Positions 28,997-39,558 of a DNA stretch of 64,000 nt are shown here, piece after piece (the stretch's first letter is position 1; each line of letters opens with the position of its first letter). The position numbers and the translations under genes were made by a program. The stretch covers positions 1 through 64,000 of the forward strand of contig DASPSR010000019.1 of assembly GCA_035623825.1 (NCBI GenBank), written 5' to 3'. The notes beneath the pieces were generated by a model that was not told where the DNA came from, made no database searches, and was given only the letters and a program-made list of their open reading frames with translations. Origin of the DNA: Nitrospirota bacterium. GTDB lineage: Bacteria > Nitrospirota > UBA9217.

Positions 28997-29025
28997 TTGA
29001 CATCCCCGTAGGTTTCTGGTAAAAC
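28997..29025 (+). promoter_or_regulatory. Probable sigma70 promoter upstream of the ppi-arg-dap run
   Basis: TTGACA, 17 bp spacer, TG-extended TAAAAC. Confidence 0.5.
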
Positions 29026-29092
29026 ACTATATCCCGGTCTTGCTACTTTTCTGCATTCTTAGACAATTTTTGAAGCACAAGGAGACTGTTTC

Positions 29093-29689
29093 ATGAAAAA
29101 AATTCTGATTGTTTTCGCTTTACTCTTCGGCCTTTTCACAATAACTTTGGGGTACGCCCAGCAGGCACCAAAAAAATTTACTGCACAGGAGATAAAAAAA
29201 ATGGCCATGACGAAAGCGGTTATCGAAACAAAGTTCGGTAACATCACCCTGAAATTCTTTCCCGATGTGGCACCAGGGCATGTGAACAATTTTATAGAGC
29301 TTGCAAAAAAGGGCCTCTACGACGGGACAACGTTCCACCGCGTAATTCCGGGCTTCATGATACAGGGTGGAGACCCGAACTCCAAAAACCCAGATAAGCG
29401 ATTGCACGGCATGGGCGGGCCCGGGTACACCATCAAAGCTGAATTCAACGAGAAGCCGCACAAGCGGGGTACGCTCTCCATGGCCCGGGCGCAGAGTCCG
29501 GACAGCGCCGGATCGCAGTTTTTCATCTGCGTGAAGGATTCGCCTTTCCTCAACGGGCAATACACCGTGTTTGGTGAGGTAGAGAGCGGGATGGAGGTCG
29601 TGGACAAGATCGTATCCCAGCCTCGGGACTCGAACGACAATCCGAACGAACGGATCGAGATGAAAGTCAAAATAGTTGAAGCAAAATAA
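29093..29689 (+). CDS. Cyclophilin-type peptidyl-prolyl isomerase with signal peptide
   Basis: FHRVIPGFMIQGGDP, GTLSMAR, SAGSQFFI and YTVFG; N-terminal MKK-hydrophobic-GYA signal. Confidence 0.96.
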   Translation: MKKILIVFALLFGLFTITLGYAQQAPKKFTAQEIKKMAMTKAVIETKFGNITLKFFPDVAPGHVNNFIELAKKGLYDGTTFHRVIPGFMIQGGDPNSKNPDKRLHGMGGPGYTIKAEFNEKPHKRGTLSMARAQSPDSAGSQFFICVKDSPFLNGQYTVFGEVESGMEVVDKIVSQPRDSNDNPNERIEMKVKIVEAK

Positions 29690-29693
29690 TATT

Positions 29694-29780
29694 GACGCAA
29701 GCAGCAAAAGAGCGCGAAGCAAACAGAGAGCACAGTTGTAAAACCGTAGGACTTTAGCGTCGTCGTGGTCTTTGAATCTT
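29694..29780 (+). repeat. Degenerate 9-nt tandem array with a complementary array
   Basis: CGCAAGCA GCAAAAGAG CGCGAAGCA AACAGAGAG CACAG ... CTTTAGCGT CGTCGTGGT CTTTGAATC. Confidence 0.55.
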
Positions 29781-29799
29781 CTAATGTTCAGGAGAGAGC

Positions 29800-31005
29800 G
29801 TGAGGCAAAGAGTAAAAAAAATCGTCGTCGCCTATTCCGGCGGGCTCGATACTTCCGTCATCATCAGCTGGCTTAAACAAGAATACGGTGCAGAAATTAT
29901 CGCCTTCACTGCGGACATCGGTCAGGGAGAGGAGCTCGAGCCGCTCCGCGAGAAGGCCATCAAGACCGGCGCGAGCAAGATTTTTATCGACGACTTGCGT
30001 GAGGAGTTTGTCAGGGATTTCGTCTTCCCCATGCTGCGGGCGAACGCCGTTTACGAGGGGCGCTATCTTCTCGGCACCTCGATCGCGCGGCCGCTCATCG
30101 CCAAGCGCCAAATCGAGATCGCTGTGAAGGAAGGTGCGGATGCAGTCTCTCACGGAGCAACGGGCAAGGGGAACGATCAAGTCCGGTTCGAGCTCACCTA
30201 CTTTGCGCTTAAGCCGGATGTAAAGGTCATCGCCCCCTGGCGCGAGTGGACCATGAAGGGCCGCGAGGAACTCATAGCCTATGCCGAAAGGAACAATATC
30301 CCGGTGACAGCGACCAAGTCCAAGCCCTATTCCACGGACCGTAATCTACTGCACATCAGCTACGAAGGAGGAATTCTTGAGGACCCGTGGAAGGAGCCGA
30401 CCGACGACATGTACACGCTTGCGGTGCCGATCGAGAAAGCGCCGGACAAACCGGAGTACATTGAGATAGAATTCAACGCGGGCAATCCCGTTGCCATCAA
30501 TGGCAAACACTTGTCTCCCGCTGCACTGCTGGCCGAAGCGAACCGGATTGCGGGTAGCCACGGCGTAGGCCGCGTGGATCTGGTGGAGAACCGCTATGTG
30601 GGCATGAAGTCCCGTGGTGTGTACGAGACGCCGGGCGGCACCATCTTGCACGCGGCGCATCGTGCCGTGGAGTCAATTACCATGGATCGCGAGGCCATGC
30701 ACCTCAGGGATGGCCTCACTCCGCGTTATGCCGAGATGGTGTACTACGGGTATTGGTTTGCTCCCGAACGCACCATGCTTCAGGCAGCTATTGATGAGTC
30801 CCAGAAGAACGTGAGTGGAACGGCGCGGCTCAAGTTATATAAAGGTAACTGCGATACCGTGGGCCGTAAGTCCCCGGTCTCGCTCTATAATCCAGAGTTC
30901 GCGACCTTCGAAGCGGATCAGGTCTATAATCAGCAGGATGCTGAGGGATTCATTCGTCTAAATGCTCTCCGACTCAGGATCAGGGGATCCCAAACAAAGG
31001 CATAG
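29800..31005 (+). CDS. argG: Argininosuccinate synthase
   Basis: [23 protein letters not shown] and [17 protein letters not shown]. Confidence 0.99.
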   Translation: MRQRVKKIVVAYSGGLDTSVIISWLKQEYGAEIIAFTADIGQGEELEPLREKAIKTGASKIFIDDLREEFVRDFVFPMLRANAVYEGRYLLGTSIARPLIAKRQIEIAVKEGADAVSHGATGKGNDQVRFELTYFALKPDVKVIAPWREWTMKGREELIAYAERNNIPVTATKSKPYSTDRNLLHISYEGGILEDPWKEPTDDMYTLAVPIEKAPDKPEYIEIEFNAGNPVAINGKHLSPAALLAEANRIAGSHGVGRVDLVENRYVGMKSRGVYETPGGTILHAAHRAVESITMDREAMHLRDGLTPRYAEMVYYGYWFAPERTMLQAAIDESQKNVSGTARLKLYKGNCDTVGRKSPVSLYNPEFATFEADQVYNQQDAEGFIRLNALRLRIRGSQTKA

Positions 31006-31015
31006 ATATGCAAGT

Positions 31016-31123
31016 CCGCAAAAAAGCATGGATTTGAACTGGATTCACACGGTGGAATCACTCTTTAAAGAAGCAAGATATTAATGATAACCCAATCAAT
31101 GAGAATCAGTTTACAGCGGTTTT
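31016..31123 (+). repeat. Degenerate ~10-nt tandem array with a complementary array
   Basis: CGCAAAAAAG CATGGATTTG AACTGGATT CACACGG ... AATCAATGAG AATCAGTTTA CAGCGGTTT. Confidence 0.45.
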
Positions 31124-31131
31124 AATACGAT

Positions 31132-32553
31132 ATGGCCATCAAGAAAACCAAGACAATCACAAAGGGCAAAACGGCTGCGAAGAAAGCCAAACCCTGGGGA
31201 GGCAGGTTCGCCGAAGCCACTAATGATCTGGTCGAGCAATTCACGGCATCGATTCCCTATGACTGGCGCCTCTATCCCTATGACATAGCCGGCAGCATGG
31301 CGCACGCGTCCATGCTCGGAAAACAGGGGATCATTCCGAAGAAGGATGCGGCCCGCATCATCCGCGGGCTTGAAGAGATCCTAAAGGAGATCAGTTCCGG
31401 TACATTTAAATTCAGCGTTGAGCTCGAAGATATCCATATGAACATCGAGAACCGGCTGATAGAGAAGATCGGCCCGGTGGGTGGAAAGCTTCACACAGCG
31501 CGGAGCAGAAACGACCAAGTGGCTCTCGACATCCGCATGTTCCTTCGTGACGAGATCGCCGAAATCCGTCGTCTCCTCATCTCGCTCCAGGCGGCGATCA
31601 TTCATCTTGCAGACCGGCACAGCGACGTTGTGTTGCCGGGTTACACACACCTTCAGCGCGCCCAACCCGTTCTTTTTGGCCACCACCTGCTCGCGTACTA
31701 CGAAATGTTCGAGCGCGATCGCGGCCGTCTCGAAGACTGCTTCCGCCGGGTGAATGTGATGCCGCTAGGTGCCGGTGCCCTCGCCGGGACGGTGCTTCCC
31801 ATCGATCGGAAGCTCGTAGCCAAGCGGCTCGGTTTCAGTGGCGTGTGCGACAACAGCATGGATGCCGTTTCGGACCGGGACTTCGCAATCGAATTCGCTT
31901 CGGCTTGCGCCCAGATCATGATGCATTTGTCGCGTTTGTCCGAGGAACTCGTCATCTGGTCTTCGGCCGAATTCGGGTTTATCACGATCTCCGACGCGTT
32001 TACCACGGGCTCTTCGATCATGCCCCAGAAGAAGAATCCCGATGTGGCGGAGCTCACCCGCGGCAAGACGGGGCGAGTATACGGAAGCCTCATGGCGCTT
32101 CTCACGATCATGAAGGGACTGCCGCTCGCGTACAACCGCGACATGCAGGAGGACAAAGAGCCGGTTTTCGATGCCGCTGACACGGTCACGCTCGCACTCT
32201 CGGTGTTCATAGAGATGCTCAAGGGCGTTTCGATACATAAAGAAACGATGCGGAGGGCGGCGGAGGACGGCTTCATCACAGCTACGGACCTAGCGGACTA
32301 CCTTGTCCGCAAGGGTATGCCGTTCCGTAAAGCCCACGAGTTCGTAGGCAGGGCCGTGTTGCGAGCCACGGAGTTGGGGTGCGGGCTTGTCGACATGCCA
32401 ATCGGGGAGTACACAAGACTCTCGCCGTTGATCCACGAGGATGTGTACGATGCGTTGTCTGTAGAGGCATCTGTCAAGAGGCGAACATCGTACGGCGGCA
32501 CGGCGCCTGCTAATCTAAAAAAACGCCTTGCAGCGCTCAAGAAGATGCGATGA
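31132..32553 (+). CDS. argH: Argininosuccinate lyase
   Basis: [26 protein letters not shown] and [12 protein letters not shown]. Confidence 0.99.
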   Translation: MAIKKTKTITKGKTAAKKAKPWGGRFAEATNDLVEQFTASIPYDWRLYPYDIAGSMAHASMLGKQGIIPKKDAARIIRGLEEILKEISSGTFKFSVELEDIHMNIENRLIEKIGPVGGKLHTARSRNDQVALDIRMFLRDEIAEIRRLLISLQAAIIHLADRHSDVVLPGYTHLQRAQPVLFGHHLLAYYEMFERDRGRLEDCFRRVNVMPLGAGALAGTVLPIDRKLVAKRLGFSGVCDNSMDAVSDRDFAIEFASACAQIMMHLSRLSEELVIWSSAEFGFITISDAFTTGSSIMPQKKNPDVAELTRGKTGRVYGSLMALLTIMKGLPLAYNRDMQEDKEPVFDAADTVTLALSVFIEMLKGVSIHKETMRRAAEDGFITATDLADYLVRKGMPFRKAHEFVGRAVLRATELGCGLVDMPIGEYTRLSPLIHEDVYDALSVEASVKRRTSYGGTAPANLKKRLAALKKMR

Positions 32554-33617
32554 AAACCAGAGCGAGGCTCATCGGATCTGTAAGTTTGGCGTTCATCCTC
32601 GTGGCCGCTGTCTCATGCGGCAGGAAGACCGATCCGCTCACGCCCGCAAGCCCCCGGTCCGAAGCGGTGAAGGACTTGAAAGCCGTTACCAGAGACAATG
32701 TCGCATTTCTTTCATGGCGCGTGCCGACCAAAAACGTTGAAGGCAAGGATATGAATCCCGCCGAGATCCAGGGATTCCGCGTCTATCGGGGTGAACTGGG
32801 GGATAGCAAAAAGAAGCCACGGTATAAGGAGATCGCCGATATTTCGACGGCCAATCCCGCGCCGGCTGAGGTGAAGGCCGGCACAGTTTTCTGGAGCGAC
32901 AAGAACCTGAGATACGGTCAGGTGTACAGCTACCGGATCAGGGCCGTGAGCTCGAGGGGAGGCTCAAGTCAGCCGTCTGAAGAGGTGCGGGTAGCGCCAC
33001 TTCTCTCTCTGGCAACCCCGAAAGACGTTACTGCAGTGGCCGGTGACGGCCAGAACATGCTTTCCTGGGACGGGGTTACCACGAGATCTGACGGGAGCCA
33101 ATACGAAGGGTTTGTTGGATATAATATCTACCGCGGAACGGATATAGGACGATACGAAGATACACCGTTGAACAAGGAACCGATCAGGACGAATTCCTAT
33201 AAGGACACGGCCGTCGTAAATAACAAAACGTTCTATTACATTGTGCGCTCTGTGGACAGTCCGACCCTGCCGTGGAAGGAAAGCCTTGATTCGTCCGAGG
33301 TATCAGCCACGCCCAGAGATATGACGCCGCCGGCGAGGCCTAAGGGGCTTACGGTAGTTCCCGGGGTTGGCAGGATATTCCTCACGTGGAACGAGAACAA
33401 GGAGAAGGACCTCGCGGGTTACCACGTGTACCGCTCGGTGAAGAGCGGCAGGGACTATGAGCGGCTTACGGAAAAGCTCTTAAACCGCACCACGTTTTCC
33501 GACGTGAAGGTCAACCCGGGGGTGGTTTATTACTACACCGTCACCGCGGTGGACCAGTCTGGGAATGAAAGCCAGATGTCGAAGGAGGAGAAAGCGTACG
33601 CTGAGAAGGGACGATAA
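32550..33617 (+). CDS. Lipoprotein with LptM-like N-terminus and about 3 fibronectin type III domains
   Basis: Lipobox AVS-C23, then [10 protein letters not shown]; three repeats of L.W...G(F/Y).(V/I)YR...D......Y.Y.(I/V).(A/S)V; ATGA overlap with argH. Confidence 0.85.
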   Translation: MKTRARLIGSVSLAFILVAAVSCGRKTDPLTPASPRSEAVKDLKAVTRDNVAFLSWRVPTKNVEGKDMNPAEIQGFRVYRGELGDSKKKPRYKEIADISTANPAPAEVKAGTVFWSDKNLRYGQVYSYRIRAVSSRGGSSQPSEEVRVAPLLSLATPKDVTAVAGDGQNMLSWDGVTTRSDGSQYEGFVGYNIYRGTDIGRYEDTPLNKEPIRTNSYKDTAVVNNKTFYYIVRSVDSPTLPWKESLDSSEVSATPRDMTPPARPKGLTVVPGVGRIFLTWNENKEKDLAGYHVYRSVKSGRDYERLTEKLLNRTTFSDVKVNPGVVYYYTVTAVDQSGNESQMSKEEKAYAEKGR

Positions 33618-33694
33618 TGTTCCTATATTGAGAGGACAAAAAAGTAAAGTAAAGGAAGCAATTTCAGCACAATGATTAATAATAAGGGTTTCCC

Positions 33695-34957
33695 ATGCAT
33701 GACTTTACGTACAAAAACGGAGAACTGTACTGCGAAGGGGTCCAGGTAAAAAGCGTGGCTCAGCGGGTGGGCACGCCGTTTTACCTTTACAGCAGCAATA
33801 CGCTGATGAACCATTACCGGGCCTTCGACAGCGCCTTTGTGGACGTCCCACACATTATCTGCTTTGCACTTAAGTCAAATCCGAACAGCTCGATACTCAG
33901 GCTCCTCGGCAAAGAGGGCGCAGGCGCGGACATAGTCTCTGGCGGAGAGCTGTACCGCGCACTCCGTGCCGGCATCGACACGCAGAAGATCGTTTATGCC
34001 GGAGTGGGCAAACGCAGGGATGAGATCGAATATGCCATTAAGGTCGGTATTCTCATGTTCAACGTTGAGTCCGGTGAAGAACTGCTAGCGATCGAGCGTG
34101 CCGCCAAGGACATGCGCGCGGTGGCACGGATCGCGCTGAGGGTAAATCCGGACATCGACCCCAAGACACATGCCTATATCTCGACGGGGCTCAAGGAGAA
34201 CAAATTTGGCATCCCGATCGAGCAGGCGCTCGAGTATTACCAGACGGCTAAATCTCTCTCTCATGTGGAGGTGACGGGAATCCATCAGCACATCGGTTCA
34301 CAGATCACCGAGGTCCAGCCGTTTGTCGATGCGCTCGAGAAGCTCGTGGGTTTCGTCAAGGTGCTCCGGTCCGCTGGCATGGACATCAAGTACACCAATA
34401 TCGGCGGCGGTCTTGGCATTACGTATAAGGACGAGACACCGCCGCATCCCAGGGAACTTGCAAAGGCAATCAATCCGCTCCTCAAGGGGGCCGGGTGTAC
34501 CTTGGTGCTGGAACCGGGGAGGGCAATCGTAGGCAATGCGGGTATCCTCGTGACGAGCGCTCTCTATCGCAAGGACAGTGGCGAGAAGCGGTTCCTCATC
34601 GTCGACGCAGGCATGAACGACCTTATCCGGCCAAGCCTCTATGAAGCATACCACGAGATAATGCCTGTCTCCGAGCCCGATAATCCCGGAAATAACATGT
34701 TTGATGTGGTGGGACCGATCTGCGAGTCCGGTGATTTTCTCGCCAAGGAGCGGAAGATGCCTGAGGTGAAGCAGGGCGATCTTCTTGCGGTGATGGGAGC
34801 AGGAGCGTACGCCTTCTCGATGTCCTCGAACTACAATTCGCGACCGCGCGTGGCTGAAGTCCTAGTCAAGGGGAGCGAATATTTTATCGTGCGTGAGCGA
34901 GAAACCTACAACGACCTCATCAGGGGTGAGAGAATCCCGCGGTGGCTAGAAGGGTAA
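33695..34957 (+). CDS. lysA: Diaminopimelate decarboxylase
   Basis: FALKSN (PLP lysine), DIVSGGE, HIGSQI, EPGR, GPICESGD and SSNYNSRPR. Confidence 0.98.
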   Translation: MHDFTYKNGELYCEGVQVKSVAQRVGTPFYLYSSNTLMNHYRAFDSAFVDVPHIICFALKSNPNSSILRLLGKEGAGADIVSGGELYRALRAGIDTQKIVYAGVGKRRDEIEYAIKVGILMFNVESGEELLAIERAAKDMRAVARIALRVNPDIDPKTHAYISTGLKENKFGIPIEQALEYYQTAKSLSHVEVTGIHQHIGSQITEVQPFVDALEKLVGFVKVLRSAGMDIKYTNIGGGLGITYKDETPPHPRELAKAINPLLKGAGCTLVLEPGRAIVGNAGILVTSALYRKDSGEKRFLIVDAGMNDLIRPSLYEAYHEIMPVSEPDNPGNNMFDVVGPICESGDFLAKERKMPEVKQGDLLAVMGAGAYAFSMSSNYNSRPRVAEVLVKGSEYFIVRERETYNDLIRGERIPRWLEG

Positions 34958-34962
34958 GGGAG

Positions 34963-35086
34963 ACAAGCACCAAATCTCTGGCATTACACCCCAATGCGAT
35001 TCAACGACCAAGATGCAAAAGGTCCTTCTCAGTTGATGACGGGGGGTTGGAGTTTATTTGAGACTTCGGATTTATGGGTTGAGAAT
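34963..35086 (+). repeat. Degenerate CAAAT-type heptamer array with a complementary array
   Basis: CAAGCAC CAAATCT ... CAAGATG CAAAAGG ... TTGGAGT TTAT TTGAGAC TTCGGAT TTATGGG TTGAGAA. Confidence 0.55.
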
Positions 35087-35094
35087 GTGAAGGC

Positions 35095-35907
35095 ATGAAG
35101 AAAATACCTTTTTATAAGATGCAGGGAAGCGGGAACGATTTCATCCTGATCGACAACCGCAGGGGGATTCTGAAAGGAATGAACCTCAGGGATTTGTCGA
35201 CCGCCGTCTGCAACCGTCATTATTCGGTAGGAGCTGACGGGTTGATTGTAATCGTCTCATCGCGGAAGGCGGATTTCAAGTGGCATTTTTTCAACGCCGA
35301 CGGGAGCGAAGCCGAGATGTGCGGGAACGGGTCACGTTGTGCTGCGCGTTTTGCGTATCTCAGGAAGATTGCAACAAAGAACGTGTCCTTCGAAACGCTC
35401 GCGGGGATCATTCATGCCGCTGTCAAGAAAAACATGGTAACGGTGCAGCTCACGAGTGCAAGCGGATTGCGCATGAACATCGCGGTTCCCCTTGAAAGCG
35501 GCACGCGAATCGGCCATTTCATCAATACAGGGGTGCCCCACCTCGTCTATCTATCAAAAGATCTCAACGGCGAGGCTGTAGAGAGGATTGGAAGTGATAC
35601 GCGGTATCATGAGCTGTTCAGGCCTGCTGGCACGAACGTGAATTTTATCCAGGTCACCGGTCCACACCGCATCAGGATAAGGACGTATGAACGCGGAGTA
35701 GAGGGAGAGACTCTGGCATGCGGCACCGGAGCGGTTGCCTCAGCACTCATCGCCGGTGCCCTAGGGCATGTTTCATCTCCGGTTGAGGTGCTGACCAAGG
35801 GTGGAGACAGGCTGGTTGTTTCGTTCAAGCGAGAAGGCGAACGGTTCATGGACCTCCACCTAGAGGGTTTAGCAGAAGTCGTGTGTGAGGGTAACCTGTT
35901 TATCTAA
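35095..35907 (+). CDS. dapF: Diaminopimelate epimerase
   Basis: KMQGSGNDF, GADG, NADGSEAEMCGNG and ERGVEGETLACGTG (both catalytic cysteines). Confidence 0.98.
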   Translation: MKKIPFYKMQGSGNDFILIDNRRGILKGMNLRDLSTAVCNRHYSVGADGLIVIVSSRKADFKWHFFNADGSEAEMCGNGSRCAARFAYLRKIATKNVSFETLAGIIHAAVKKNMVTVQLTSASGLRMNIAVPLESGTRIGHFINTGVPHLVYLSKDLNGEAVERIGSDTRYHELFRPAGTNVNFIQVTGPHRIRIRTYERGVEGETLACGTGAVASALIAGALGHVSSPVEVLTKGGDRLVVSFKREGERFMDLHLEGLAEVVCEGNLFI

Positions 35908-36071
35908 TGTCAGCGACATGTCGCTGTTGTTGTGATTACGAGGCTCATTTCGGTCAGCTGGATGCCTTTCCCATTTTCAGGCTCCCCGTTATCGTCAGCC
36001 GGAAAGGCTTCGCTGCTGATTTGTGAATGACGCTGAGTTACGGTCTTATTTCTTTTCGCGAGGAGGCAATT

Positions 36072-36944
36072 ATGTTCAAAGGTTCAATGGTTGCGATTGT
36101 AACGCCGTTCAAGAAGGGATCGCTGGATGAGAAGGCTCTCGCCGATCTGATTGAGTTTCAAATCAAGAGCGGGACGGACGTGATCGTGCCATGCGGCACC
36201 ACGGGTGAGTCTGCAACGCTATCCCACGAAGAACATCATCGGGTGGTGGAGTTCACGGTAAGGACGGTAAACAAGCGTGTGCCCGTGATTGCAGGCGCAG
36301 GATCAAATAGCACCGAGGAGACCCTTGAACTTACGAAGTTTGCTAAGAGGTCGGGTGCCGACGGTGTGCTGCTCATCACTCCGTATTACAACAAGCCTAC
36401 GCAGGAAGGCCTTTATCAGCATTTCAAGAAAGTGGCGGAGGCCGTGGACATCCCCATTGTCCTGTACAATGTGCCTGGCAGAACGGGGGTGAACATGTTG
36501 CCGGCGACCGTCGCGCGTCTTCGCGCCATTAAGAATATAGTCGGACTCAAGGAAGCCACGGGCGATATGAAACAGGTCAGCGAAATCATCCGGCTCTGCG
36601 GCAGGGATTTCGACGTTATATCGGGCGATGATTTCACCACTTTACCGCTCCTCTGTCTGGGAGGTGTGGGGGCTATCTCGGTGACAGCCAACGTTGCACC
36701 AGCCGACTGCGCGGGCATGTTCGATGCCTTTTTTGCCGGAAAGAGGGAGGAGGCGCTCAAGTTACACTACAAACTGGAGCCTCTCCATGGCGCCATGTTC
36801 ATCGAGACGAACCCCATTCCTGCCAAGACATCGCTTGCTCTCATGGGCAAGATCGCAGAGGAATTCCGACTGCCGCTTTGTCCCATGACCGATGCAAACA
36901 AGGAGAAGCTGAAAAAATCGCTGAAGGACTACGGGTTGATTTGA
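36072..36944 (+). CDS. dapA: 4-hydroxy-tetrahydrodipicolinate synthase
   Basis: AIVTPF, GTTGES, PYYNKP, LYNVPGRT, GLKEA and ETNPIP; GAGGAGG RBS. Confidence 0.98.
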   Translation: MFKGSMVAIVTPFKKGSLDEKALADLIEFQIKSGTDVIVPCGTTGESATLSHEEHHRVVEFTVRTVNKRVPVIAGAGSNSTEETLELTKFAKRSGADGVLLITPYYNKPTQEGLYQHFKKVAEAVDIPIVLYNVPGRTGVNMLPATVARLRAIKNIVGLKEATGDMKQVSEIIRLCGRDFDVISGDDFTTLPLLCLGGVGAISVTANVAPADCAGMFDAFFAGKREEALKLHYKLEPLHGAMFIETNPIPAKTSLALMGKIAEEFRLPLCPMTDANKEKLKKSLKDYGLI

Positions 36945-36954
36945 TTCGAACCTA

Positions 36955-37068
36955 TTAACCACGGAGGAAACAGAGAATATAGGTTGGATGGCAGGGAGCC
37001 AAAACGCTATGCATCATGAGCTCTGCCCTGTTTGCAAGGCCGGGTGCTCAGCGTTCTCATCGGACAAA
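36955..37068 (+). repeat. Degenerate 9-nt tandem array with a complementary array
   Basis: TTAAC CACGGAGGA AACAGAGAA ... CTCTGCCCT ... CTCAGCGTT CTCATCGGA CAAA. Confidence 0.5.
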
Positions 37069-37086
37069 TAATCTAAGGAGCATGCC

Positions 37087-37896
37087 ATGATTAAAGCAGT
37101 CGTTACCGGCGCCGCCGGCAGGATGGGATCACGGATCATTAACGTGCTCTCGACCTCGGAAGGCATCCGCCTATTCGCAGCGATAGAGCGAAAGGCACAT
37201 CCCCTGGTAGGTCAGGATTCGAGCGGCCCAGCCGGGCTCCCTGCAGGCGGGGCCCATGCAGTCATCACAGACGACCTCGTTGCCGCACTCAGGGGCGGGG
37301 ACGTGCTCATCGATTTTACTCTCCCCGAAACCAGCCTTGAACATGTCAAATCATGCGCGGAAATGGGCAAAGCTATTGTGGTTGGTACGACCGGATTTTC
37401 CAAGGAGCAGCTTGGGGAGATTAACAGGCATGTTCAGAAAATCCCCTGCGTGCTCTCGCCGAACATGAGCATCGGCGTGAACCTCTGTTTCAAGATCCTT
37501 GCAGAAATAGCCAAGGCAATCGGTGAGGATTATGACATGGAGATAGTAGAGGCCCACCATCGCATGAAAAAGGATGCCCCCTCGGGCACCGCCATGAAAA
37601 TGGCCCAGGTCATCGCCCAGGCCGTGAACCGCAGCCTAGACGAGGTCGGTGTATATGCGCGCAAGGGCATGATTGGCGAGCGTTCCAAGAAGGAGATCGG
37701 AATCCAAACGCTCCGAGCGGGCGATATCGTAGGCGAGCATACGGTGATGTTTGCCGGGAAGGGAGAGCGTATCGAGATCACGCATCGGGCGCACAGCAGG
37801 GACACCTTCGCTGCAGGCGCGGTTCGCGCAGCCAAGTGGGTCGTCGGGAAGAAGCCCGGCCTCTACGATATGCAAGACGTGCTGGGACTGAAGTGA
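37087..37896 (+). CDS. dapB: 4-hydroxy-tetrahydrodipicolinate reductase
   Basis: GAAGRMG, IDFT, GTTG and EAHHRMKKDAPSGTA. Confidence 0.98.
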   Translation: MIKAVVTGAAGRMGSRIINVLSTSEGIRLFAAIERKAHPLVGQDSSGPAGLPAGGAHAVITDDLVAALRGGDVLIDFTLPETSLEHVKSCAEMGKAIVVGTTGFSKEQLGEINRHVQKIPCVLSPNMSIGVNLCFKILAEIAKAIGEDYDMEIVEAHHRMKKDAPSGTAMKMAQVIAQAVNRSLDEVGVYARKGMIGERSKKEIGIQTLRAGDIVGEHTVMFAGKGERIEITHRAHSRDTFAAGAVRAAKWVVGKKPGLYDMQDVLGLK

Positions 37897-37937
37897 CAGA
37901 AGACAGAAAATCTAATTAACACTAAGGAGTTAGATGA

Positions 37938-38681
37938 ATGAAAAGAAATGTCGTCTTAGTCATAATGGGACTGCTCCTGATCGCTCCGTTGACGTCGGGT
38001 GCATTTTCTTCGGAGCATCCGGGTTGCAACGGAGATTGTAAGGACTGTCACAAGCTTGAGAAGAAAGATGCAGAGAAAATCCTCAAAAAGGTGCTGCCCT
38101 CAGGGAACCTGCTCGATGTGAAACTTTCTCCTATCGGAGGTCTCTGGCAGCTGGATGTGGAGGCGGGAGGAAAACGCGGATCACTGTACCTGGACTTCTC
38201 GCAGAAACATCTGATCAACGGGCAAATTATCCCTCTCGAAGCGGTGAAAGTCAATTTCTCGAAGGTCCCGCTCAAGGATGCGATCGTCATGGGGCCAAAG
38301 ACGGCAAAGAGAAGGGTTGTGGTGTTCACGGACCCTGATTGTCCTTTCTGCAAGAAACTACATGAGGAAATAAAACAGGTTCTGGCAATGCGAAACGATG
38401 TGGCGTTCTATATCATGCCGTTCCCGCTGCCGATGCATAAGGATGCATACAAGAAGGTTCAGGCCATTCTTTGCGAGAAATCCCTCGCTCTCCTCGATGA
38501 CGCTTTCGCCGGCAAGGCGCTGACCGAGCCAGCGTGCCCCAACGAACTGGTGGAAAAGAACATTGCGCTTGCCAGAGAACTCGGGTTCAATGGAACGCCG
38601 GTGCTTGTACGGGACGACGGGACTGTGCTTAGCGGATATCGCCCAGCTGAACAGCTTTCCGAATGGATTAATGAAAAATAA
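37938..38681 (+). CDS. DsbC-family thiol:disulfide isomerase with an extra N-terminal C-x3-CxxCH motif
   Basis: Signal peptide, DsbC N-terminal domain, FTDPDCPFC active site and cis-Pro GTP; CNGDCKDCH at aa 30-38. Confidence 0.88.
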   Translation: MKRNVVLVIMGLLLIAPLTSGAFSSEHPGCNGDCKDCHKLEKKDAEKILKKVLPSGNLLDVKLSPIGGLWQLDVEAGGKRGSLYLDFSQKHLINGQIIPLEAVKVNFSKVPLKDAIVMGPKTAKRRVVVFTDPDCPFCKKLHEEIKQVLAMRNDVAFYIMPFPLPMHKDAYKKVQAILCEKSLALLDDAFAGKALTEPACPNELVEKNIALARELGFNGTPVLVRDDGTVLSGYRPAEQLSEWINEK

Positions 38682-38701
38682 ACGCATCTGCCGGGGCGGA
38701 C

Positions 38702-39457
38702 ATGAAATTGTTACGATTTCTGCACCAGGGAAGGCCATCATGTGGCATTTTGAATGGCGACGAGGTGATTCAACTCGAAGGTGATTTTTTCACTCCTCTC
38801 AGGCCGCTGAGGACGTGCTGCGCATTTTCACAGATACATTTGCTGTCGCCGTGCAAACCATCCAAGGTCGTGGCAGTCGGGCTCAACTATCGCGATCATG
38901 CAAGAGAACTGAATTTCCCAGTGCCGGACACACCGATCATATTTCTGAAACCTCCAACATCGGTGATCGGCCCCGGTGAAGCGGTCCTATATCCTGCAGC
39001 AAGCTCACAGGTGGACTATGAGGCCGAGCTGGGAGTGATTATGAAGGATCGGGCGAGGAACATCAGTCCGGCCGATGCGCGTGACCATATTCTTGGGTAT
39101 ACTTGCGCAAATGATGTCACAGCGAGGGACCTGCAGAAAAATGACGGGCAGTGGACGCGCGCCAAGTCATTCGACACGTTCTGCCCGGTTGGGCCGTGGA
39201 TTGAGACCGACCTCAAACCTGACAATCTCCTCATCGAGTTTTATCTGAATGGCGAGCGGCGGCAGTTTTCACGGACATCGCAATTCATATTCCCGGTAGA
39301 TTACCTCGTGAGCTTTATTTCTGGGATCATGACGCTCGAACCCGGCGATCTGATCATCACCGGCACGCCGCCCGGAGTCGGGCCGATGAAGCCGGGCGAC
39401 AAGATTGAGGTCCGAATAGAGGGGATAGGGAGCCTGAAGAACACGGTCACAAGATAA
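38702..39457 (+). CDS. Fumarylacetoacetate hydrolase family protein
   Basis: VGLNYRDH, IFLKP, DYEAEL, NDVTARDLQ, AKSFDTFCP and ITGTPPGVG. Confidence 0.93.
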   Translation: MKLLRFLHQGRPSCGILNGDEVIQLEGDFFTPLRPLRTCCAFSQIHLLSPCKPSKVVAVGLNYRDHARELNFPVPDTPIIFLKPPTSVIGPGEAVLYPAASSQVDYEAELGVIMKDRARNISPADARDHILGYTCANDVTARDLQKNDGQWTRAKSFDTFCPVGPWIETDLKPDNLLIEFYLNGERRQFSRTSQFIFPVDYLVSFISGIMTLEPGDLIITGTPPGVGPMKPGDKIEVRIEGIGSLKNTVTR

Positions 39458-39558
39458 GGCTTTTTGGGCGCTGATGACCGCCGGGAAGACGTATTTAACA
39501 TGATCCCAAAACGACGCTAAGTAGTGTTCAACGATTTTTTTCAGGACTGGAGGACTTC

